NCBI GenBank assembly: GCA_020199995.1
Contig: JAIVJM010000016.1
Span: 10,932 to 74,931, forward strand
Reading direction: 5' to 3'
Source: Acidobacteriota bacterium
Lineage (GTDB): Bacteria > Acidobacteriota > Blastocatellia > Pyrinomonadales > Pyrinomonadaceae
DNA length: 64,000 bases
Below are positions 57,822-64,000 of this stretch, piece after piece. A program made the translations under genes and the position numbers. Position 1 is the first letter of the stretch. Each line of letters starts with the position of its first letter. The notes beneath the pieces are model-generated. The model did not search any database. It was not told the origin of the DNA and saw nothing but the letters and a program-made list of their open reading frames with translations.

Positions 57822-57928
57822 TAAGAAGTCAGGAGTCCCGAGTCTGGAGCATGAAGTTAAGAAGTTCAGAGTCGAAGAGACTCTCTTTTTCCTGCTCCAG
57901 ACTTCAGACTCCAAGCTCCGGACTATCC
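57822..57928. repeat. Heptad-periodic hairpin (GTCWGGA family)
   Basis: aagaagtcaggagtcccgagtctggagca pairs with tgctccagacttcagactccaagctccggactatcc. The right arm contains the aminotransferase TAG stop. Confidence 0.8.
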
Positions 57929-59119
57929 TTTACGGAGTTTTTGCAGGCGCTCGGCGGCGGCTTCGAGCGTCTCGTCTTTTTTGCAGAAGCAGAAGCGCAC
58001 CTGTCGCGCGCCAAGTTCGGGGCGGCTGTAGAAGCTTGAGCCGGGGACGCAGGCGACGCCGACTTCGCGGACGAGATGGCGCGTAAACTCCACGTCGTCG
58101 GCGAAGCCGAACGCCGAGATATCGGTCATCACGTAGTACGCGCCGTCGGGGCGGAAGACTTTGAAGCCCGCCGCTTCGAGGACGGGCAGGAGCATGTCGC
58201 GGCGTCGCCGGTAATCGTTTTGCAGGTGCTCGTAATAAACGGGCGGCAGCCGCAGGGCATAGGCCCCGGCGCGCTGCAAGGGGGCGGCGGCCCCGACGGT
58301 GAGGAAGTCGTGAACCTTGCGGACGGCGTTCGTGATGTCGGGCGGCGCTATCACATAGCCGACCCTCCAGCCCGTCACCGAGTAGGTCTTCGACATCGAG
58401 TTGACGACCACCGTGCGCTCGCGCATCCCCGGAAGCTGCGCCATCGAGATGTGCTCGACCGCGCGGTCTTCGCGCGGGTAGGTGATGTGCTCGTAGATTT
58501 CGTCGGTGAAGCAAAGCGCGTCGAACTCCCGGCAGAGCGCGGCGACGAACTCCAGTTCCTCGCGCGTGAAAACTTTTCCGGTCGGGTTGTTCGGGTTGCA
58601 GATGATGACGGCCCGGGTGCGCTCGTTGAAGGCGGCGCGCAGCTCATCGGGGTCGAACGCCCAGTCGGGCGCGCGAAGTGGCACATAGCGCGGGCGCGCG
58701 TCGGAGAGGATTACGTCGGGCGCGTAGTTCTCGTAGAAGGGCTCGAAGATGACGACCTCTTCGCCGGGGTCTACGGTCGCCATCATCGCGGCGATCATCC
58801 CCTCGGTCGAGCCGCAGGTGACGGTCAGTTCGGTCTCCGGGTCACAGTCTATGCCGAGATACCACTTCGTCTTCTCGGCAATCGCCTCGCGGAAATCCTT
58901 TGCGCCCCACGTGATCGCGTACTGGTTAACGTCCTCTTCGATGGCCCGCATGGCGGCGAGCTTCAAGTCCTCCGGCGCGGGGAAATCCGGAAACCCCTGC
59001 GAGAGGTTGACGGCCCCATAGCGCATCGCCTCGCGCGTCATCTCGCGGATGACGGACTCGGTGAAGCGGCCCGCCTTGTGCGACACGCGGCGTCGAGTTG
59101 AGGCAGATGGTGTGCTCAT
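57923..59119 (-). CDS. Class I/II PLP-dependent aminotransferase
   Basis: NPNNPTG and SMSKTYSVTGWRVGY (PLP lysine) motifs; 398 aa. Confidence 0.9.
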   Translation of the reverse strand: MSTPSASTRRRVSHKAGRFTESVIREMTREAMRYGAVNLSQGFPDFPAPEDLKLAAMRAIEEDVNQYAITWGAKDFREAIAEKTKWYLGIDCDPETELTVTCGSTEGMIAAMMATVDPGEEVVIFEPFYENYAPDVILSDARPRYVPLRAPDWAFDPDELRAAFNERTRAVIICNPNNPTGKVFTREELEFVAALCREFDALCFTDEIYEHITYPREDRAVEHISMAQLPGMRERTVVVNSMSKTYSVTGWRVGYVIAPPDITNAVRKVHDFLTVGAAAPLQRAGAYALRLPPVYYEHLQNDYRRRRDMLLPVLEAAGFKVFRPDGAYYVMTDISAFGFADDVEFTRHLVREVGVACVPGSSFYSRPELGARQVRFCFCKKDETLEAAAERLQKLRKG

Positions 59120-59360
59120 AAGATGTTTCCGGCCTCGCGCTAAAATTCGTCTCCCAAGGCCCGAAGCGCGATGCTCTCACAGACCGCGAGCGCGTGGCAA
59201 ATCGTCCCCGCGCCGACCCCGCGCCGACCCCGCCCCGTCCCGTCGCCGCCCCGCCTCTGGCCTGCCGCCCCCCGCGCAATCTATAATTCCCGGGACGACG
59301 ACCGGGACGGCGACAACTTCACCAGTCGTTGTCGCGTCAAAACTTTCCCGAAGCAAAGTT

Positions 59361-59468
59361 ATGAGCGAACACGGCAAATGCCCGATGGGCACACACCCCT
59401 GGCTGGCGACCTTTCTGGCGCTCGCCTTCATCCTCGTCTTTCTGGCGAGCAAGTTCGGACTACTTTAA
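59361..59468 (+). CDS. Possible 35-aa membrane peptide
   Basis: MSEHGKCPMGTHPWLATFLALAFILVFLASKFGLL. There is no clear SD. The only support is the ORF and its hydrophobicity. Confidence 0.2.
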   Translation: MSEHGKCPMGTHPWLATFLALAFILVFLASKFGLL

Positions 59469-59491
59469 GCTCCCCGGCGAGACTCCTCTAG

Positions 59492-60064
59492 AACACAATA
59501 TACAGGGACAATCTGTGGGGCGACCCGGAGTCGGTCTCAGGCAGGGGCTCGACGCTGGCGCGCACCGCCGTCGTCCGCGACGCGCTGCCCTCGCTTCTCA
59601 AAGACCTGCGGGCCGAGTCGCTGCTCGACGCTCCTTGCGGTGACTTCAACTGGATACGGCACACGCGGCTCGAAGGTATCGAGTACGTCGGCGTGGATGT
59701 CGTGCCGGACTTAATCGCGCGGAACCGGCAGATGTACGGGAGGCCGGGGAGGTCGTTTTTCGTCTCAGACCTGACGAAGGATGCGCTCCCGAGAGTTGAC
59801 GTCATCCTGTGTCGTGACTGCTTCTACCATTTCTCCTTCCGGGACATTCAAGCCACGGTCGCGAACTTCAAAAAGAGCCGCTCCACGTATCTGCTCGCCA
59901 CGACGCACACCAGCGCGGGGCCGAACCGGAACATTGCGACCGGAGATTGGCGGGCCATTAATCTGCAGCGCCCCCCCTTCGATTTTCCCGAGCCCTTGCG
60001 TCTGCTCGTCGAAGACCCGGCGACGAGCGAGAGCCTCGGATTGTGGCGACTCGGCGACCTGTGA
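59492..60064 (+). pseudogene. Class I SAM-dependent methyltransferase lacking its 5' end and start codon
   Basis: The frame opens directly after TAG 59489-59491 and reads NTIYRDNLWGDPESVSGRGSTLARTAVVRDALPSLLKDLRAESLLDAPCGDFNWIRH... The first ATG/GTG/TTG in frame is GTG 59693, which lies after the SAM-binding DAPCGD motif. Confidence 0.6.
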
Positions 60065-60126
60065 GTGAATCCGTGTCAGCCGTCGAACGAGGGCCAAGGG
60101 ACGACGCCGTGCGGCGCGTCGAGAAG

Positions 60127-61158
60127 TCACTCGGGCGGCGGCTGCTCCTGCTCGGCGGCCTGTCGCTGGAGCTGTTCGATGATGGAGCGGATGGCGCTGG
60201 CGTGGCTGCCTTCGGGCGCGAGTTCGAGATACTTCTCGTAGGCGGCGGCGGCGTCCTTCCACTTCTCCAGCTTCTCGTAATTTCTGCCGAGCAGTTCGTA
60301 GAGCACGGGCTCGGTGTCGGAGAGCTGCGCGACGGCCTTGCGGAAAGCGCCGACCGCCTCTTGGTGCTCGCCTTTGTCTTCGAAGACGATTCCCAAACCC
60401 GTGTAGGCTTCGGGCTGGAAGCCGCGCGCCTCGCGGATGGCGCGGCGGTAGGCCTCGATGGCGGCTTCGGGGTCGCCCAAACCCCGCAGAACTCGCCCCT
60501 CGACCGCCGAAGCCTCGGCGTAGGCGGGGCGCGCGCGCCGCGCCGCGGCGATCTCCGCGAGCGCGCCGTCGTGGTCGTCCGTCGCCATCAGCGCGCGCGC
60601 CAACCCGACGCGCGCGGCGGCAAAGCGCGGGCGCAATTTTAAGGCTTGACGGTAAAGCTCGGCGGCGGTTTGCGCGCCACCGGCCTTCTCGCGCGCTTCT
60701 TCGGCCTGCTGAAAGAGCAGCTCGGCCTCGTCCGTCGCCGCCACGAGGCGGACTTCGACCGTGCCGCGCCGCGCTGGCAGGAGCGCGACAATGCGCTCCT
60801 GAAAACCGCGCGCACGCACGCGCAGGGCGTGACGCCCCGCCGAGACGTTCGCGAGCCTCAGTTCCCCTTCGGCATCCGCCGCTCCGCGCCGCACTTCGTC
60901 CACCCAAACGATTGCGCCCGGCTGTGTCTTGACGTTGATCGAGCGGGCCTTGGCCGCGACGGCGGCGGCGGGCTTCTTCGGGGCGGGCGCACTCGAAGAG
61001 GTGGTCGCTTTCTTCGGGGCGGCAGCCGCCGCGGCGGCCTTTGCTTTTCTCTGCGCGTGTGCGGGCGTCGCCCACGGCGTCAACACGCAGAGCGACAACG
61101 CCGGCGCGAGCGCCAGCGCGCTAACTCTCGTCCCCCTCTGACCCGGAGTCTTGCTCAT
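60127..61158 (-). CDS. Secreted PEGA-like beta-sandwich plus TPR repeat protein
   Basis: ATG 61158 makes an ATGA overlap with the upstream gene. There is a signal peptide, an Ala/Lys/Pro linker, the block INVKTQPGAIVWVDEV...HALRVRARGF, then TPR-like repeats. Confidence 0.7.
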   Translation of the reverse strand: MSKTPGQRGTRVSALALAPALSLCVLTPWATPAHAQRKAKAAAAAAAPKKATTSSSAPAPKKPAAAVAAKARSINVKTQPGAIVWVDEVRRGAADAEGELRLANVSAGRHALRVRARGFQERIVALLPARRGTVEVRLVAATDEAELLFQQAEEAREKAGGAQTAAELYRQALKLRPRFAAARVGLARALMATDDHDGALAEIAAARRARPAYAEASAVEGRVLRGLGDPEAAIEAYRRAIREARGFQPEAYTGLGIVFEDKGEHQEAVGAFRKAVAQLSDTEPVLYELLGRNYEKLEKWKDAAAAYEKYLELAPEGSHASAIRSIIEQLQRQAAEQEQPPPE

Positions 61159-63500
61159 TCTTCCTCGTTGCTCGAAACGCGTCGGGGCCGCGCTTTGTTG
61201 TTGGCGGGCGACGCGGCGGGAGTCGCCGATTCGATGGGGCGGCGCACGGCGCGCGCTCCGACTTCGGGGCGAAAGCGCCCCTGCTCGTCGTAGAGGCGGC
61301 GGTATTGCAGCAGGTTGCGGACGACGCCCTGCACGTAGCCGCGCGTCTCTTTGAAGGGGATGGCCTCGGCCCACTCGTCAATCTGGAGCGGCAGGCTGGT
61401 GCGCCACGCCGCGGCCCTTCCGGGACCGGCGTTGTAGGCGGCGGCGACGTACTCGATGCGCCCGAACTTGTCGAGCTGATCTTTGAAGTAGGACGTGCCG
61501 AGCCGGATGTTGAGGCGGGGCTGGAAGAGCGACTCGACGCTGATGGCTTCGCCGACGCCGTATCGTTTCGCCGTCAGCCGCGCAGTGGGGACGAGCAGTT
61601 GCATGAGCCCGTAGGCGTCGGCGTGCGAGGCGGCGCGCGGGTTGAAGACCGACTCCTGCCGGATGAGCCCGGCGACGGTGTAGGGGTCGAGACTTTTGGC
61701 GCGCGCTTCCTGCACGATGATGTCCCAGTAGGCGAGCGGGTAGAAGACGTCCCACTCTTCGGGCGTCATCTCCTCGACCTCCATCTGCGAGTAGTCGGGG
61801 AAGCTCCGGCGCAGCACGTTGAAGGCCTGCACGTTGTCGTTGCGCGCGCGGTAGAGCTTCGCCTTCGAGAGATTGAGACTCGGACTCGCGGGCGCGGCTT
61901 CGAGCGCCCGGTCGAGTTCGGCGTGTGCCTCGCCGTCCATCCCGACGGCGGCCAGTTCTTCGGCGCGCTTGACTCGCGCGGCCTCGCGCGGCCCGGCGGT
62001 CTCTTCCGCCTCGGCGACGGGCTTCAAGTTAGCGACGGCGCGCGCGACCATAGAGTCGGGCGCAAAGTTTGTCGCGGGGATGCGCGCGCCCGCCTGCTTC
62101 AAAGCGTCGAGGCGCTGCCGCGAGAGATAGCCGTACCAGTTGGCGTCGTAGCGTTCGAGCATACCCTCGTAGAGGGCACGCGCCTCGGCCAGACGACCCG
62201 CGCGCTCCGTGTCGCGCGCGGCCCAGTAGCCCGCGCGGCCCCGGTTGTCGGTGTTGCGGTCGGCGTAATTCGCCAGATGCTCGATGAGGAGGCGCGAAGA
62301 TTCGTCGAACCTCTTGGCCTCGTGCGCGGCCCACGCGATCTCGAACTGCGCGCCCGCGACTTCCGATTCGCCCGGAAAAGTCTCGACGGCAAGGCGGTAA
62401 AAGCTCATCGCCTCGAAATTATTCTTCGCGTCCTTCGCCGTCTGCCCGGCGGCGACGACGGCGCGCTTCGTCCAGTCGCTTACGGGAAAGGCGCGGCGCA
62501 GCTCTGCGAGCGTCGAGCGGGCCGCGTCCCACTGCCGCGCGCGCGCGTAGTGCTGCGCGAGATAGTGGAGCGCCTCGGCGCGCACGTCGCCCGCCGAAGC
62601 GGGGACGGCGGTGAGCGAGGCAATCGTCTCGGGCGCGCGGCGTGCGTGGTAGGCGGCTACCCCTCGGCGCAGGCGGGCCCGCGGCGTGGCCGTCGCGGGG
62701 AAGCGAGCGAAGGCGTCTTCGTAGGCGAAGACGGCGTCGCCGTAGCGCTTCGACAAAAAGAGCCTTTCGGCGCGCGCTGCGGCCTCTTCAGCGGAGGCGG
62801 GCGCGACGCTGGACGAAAGTCGCGCGAAGGCGGCGGCGGCCTCGGCGTCGGCGGAGTCCGACGGCGTCGCGTAAAAATAGAGGCGGCGGTAGGCGGCGAG
62901 AGCGCGCAGAGGGTCGCCCGTCTGCTCGTAAGCCTTCGCTGTCAGCAGGATCGCTTCGTCGTTGTCGGTGTCGGCGAGTTTCTTCAAGGCCAGAGGGATT
63001 CCGGCAGACTGTCCGTCCTGCGCGAGTAGTTGCGCGGCGCGCAGCGTGGCCTCGCGCGCGCGCAGTGAGTCCGCGTCGTCGCGCGCGAGTTCTTCGAGCG
63101 CGGCGCGCGCCTCGGCCCTGCGTCCCGTCTTCTCTAACGCGTCGGCCCTCAGCCAGAGCGCGTAATCGCCAATCGCCGTCTGTCTTTTGATGTCGCCGGA
63201 AGAGAGCAGCGAGGCCGCGCCCGCGAAGTTGTTGGCCGCGGCGCGGATGCGCGACTGGAGGACGAGGGCCAGCGCGCCCGTGCGCGTGCCCGCGTAATCG
63301 GAGGCGAGTTGCGCGACCGCGGCTTCGGCGGGCAGCGTGCCGCCGCGCGTGAGCAGTCGCAGGCGCTCGAAGGCGGCGGGCTCGTCTCTGGTCTGCGTGC
63401 GGCAGCTCGCGACGGCGAACGGCAGCGTCGCCGCCCCCAGAAGCGCCGCGCAGAGGGTGACGACAAAAGTGAAGCGGTGGCTGTTGAAATGATTCTTCAA
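61155..63500 (-). CDS. Soluble lytic murein transglycosylase (Slt70-like: superhelical repeats plus SLT domain)
   Basis: Signal peptide, about 550 aa of TPR-like helical repeats, and a C-terminal catalytic region IRQESVFNPRAASHADAYGLMQL...AAYNAGPGR. Confidence 0.85.
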   Translation of the reverse strand: MKNHFNSHRFTFVVTLCAALLGAATLPFAVASCRTQTRDEPAAFERLRLLTRGGTLPAEAAVAQLASDYAGTRTGALALVLQSRIRAAANNFAGAASLLSSGDIKRQTAIGDYALWLRADALEKTGRRAEARAALEELARDDADSLRAREATLRAAQLLAQDGQSAGIPLALKKLADTDNDEAILLTAKAYEQTGDPLRALAAYRRLYFYATPSDSADAEAAAAFARLSSSVAPASAEEAAARAERLFLSKRYGDAVFAYEDAFARFPATATPRARLRRGVAAYHARRAPETIASLTAVPASAGDVRAEALHYLAQHYARARQWDAARSTLAELRRAFPVSDWTKRAVVAAGQTAKDAKNNFEAMSFYRLAVETFPGESEVAGAQFEIAWAAHEAKRFDESSRLLIEHLANYADRNTDNRGRAGYWAARDTERAGRLAEARALYEGMLERYDANWYGYLSRQRLDALKQAGARIPATNFAPDSMVARAVANLKPVAEAEETAGPREAARVKRAEELAAVGMDGEAHAELDRALEAAPASPSLNLSKAKLYRARNDNVQAFNVLRRSFPDYSQMEVEEMTPEEWDVFYPLAYWDIIVQEARAKSLDPYTVAGLIRQESVFNPRAASHADAYGLMQLLVPTARLTAKRYGVGEAISVESLFQPRLNIRLGTSYFKDQLDKFGRIEYVAAAYNAGPGRAAAWRTSLPLQIDEWAEAIPFKETRGYVQGVVRNLLQYRRLYDEQGRFRPEVGARAVRRPIESATPAASPANNKARPRRVSSNEEE

Positions 63501-64000
63501 AACGCTCTTCCTTCTTCTCGGCGTCGCGCGCCCGTACGCAGTGACGCCCGGTCGTGATGTCGGGGGGAGAAGGATTATAACTGTTCCGCGCCGGGATGCG
63601 GTGAAATCCTGAGCCCGGCGACTTCAAGCGCCGTTTGGATGCGACGCCGCTCAAGCACCGTTCGCTTAAAGCGTAGTGAAATAGCCGCCCGCCCACAGCT
63701 CCGCAGAGGCGGAAGAAGCAGTTCGGCTGCCGACACTTCAGTGGGGGCGGACCCGGACAAACTTTAAAACGCGGGCCCGCGGGAGAGTGTGTGACGGCGG
63801 CCGAAGCCCTGCCTCACCCGCGCCCCGATTCAAAATTGTGAGAGGCAATCTGGCGGGCGTGGGGTGGGTGAGCCGTGGGGGTTTTTCCGATACACCCTCA
63901 TGCTCTTACGCCGCCTGAGATAATTGAGAACGGGCGGGCTGAAGAATCTAATGCTTAGGCAGCTTGCCGAAAGAAAAAACCATAGCAGCGCCTTTATGGC

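Noticed and set aside
59207-59240. Short direct repeat CCCGCGCCGAC x2 upstream of the 35-codon ORF.
   Set aside because: It has only two copies of an 11-mer in GC-rich spacer, with no associated structure or gene. This is probably slippage noise.
63575-63760. RNase P RNA on the minus strand (AAAGUUUGUCCGGGUCC resembles the P4 GGAAAGUCCGGGC).
   Set aside because: The P4 match has a 3-nt insertion. The 3' P4 strand (ACAGAAnCCGGCUUA) is absent. Only about 180 nt are available before the Slt70 gene, which is far too short.
63845-63935. ZTP or TPP riboswitch (CUGGCGG ... CGCCGCCUGAGAU).
   Set aside because: It shows only short chance-level similarity. The GGUGG..CCACC P2 hairpin of ZTP is absent, and so is the ACCUGAUCUGGAUAAUGCCAGCG core of TPP.
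63742-64000. tmRNA (ssrA) starting at GGGGGCGGACCC, with a possible tag ORF near GCCGAAAGAAAAAACC.
   Set aside because: It lacks the conserved GGnUUCGAC 5' element. No convincing Ala-resume codon or ...ALAA-type tag is present. The 3' tRNA-like end would fall outside the window and cannot be seen.

Overview
This is a 64-kb high-G+C bacterial chromosomal segment. It is probably Acidobacteriota-like. That guess rests on three secreted VWA-domain proteins, Ser/Thr kinases fused to TolB-like and TPR modules, and many GAF/PAS sensor kinases. It is an inference only, because no database search was possible. I support about 50 protein-coding genes. They include housekeeping genes (uvrC 5' end, galE, bcp, rluD-lgt-lspA-ileS, a GH31 glucosidase, an ABC-2 exporter pair, an aminotransferase and two lytic transglycosylases) and a large signalling complement. 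I found no rRNA, tRNA, CRISPR array, transposase, integrase or phage genes. Four observations stand out. (1) At least 17 gene junctions carry long hairpins whose arms are degenerate 7-nt tandem repeats. Several heptamer word families recur at distant loci. One such hairpin is split by a 2.45-kb two-gene cassette of unknown function. (2) A stretch at about 48.7-57.8 kb looks lower in G+C by eye. It holds a five-gene operon centred on a double-domain KaiC-like ATPase, with three histidine kinases and an unknown 161-aa protein, and no KaiA or KaiB. (3) ORF lesions are unusually dense. A hybrid sensor kinase is broken twice, a second Ser/Thr kinase-TPR fusion is broken once, a TrxR-like protein lacks its redox-active middle, ytxH is frameshifted, and a methyltransferase is 5'-truncated. 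(4) The first intergenic region holds a roughly 210-bp composite palindromic, MITE-like element. Coordinates of hairpin arms and alternative starts were hand-counted and may be off by a few nucleotides.
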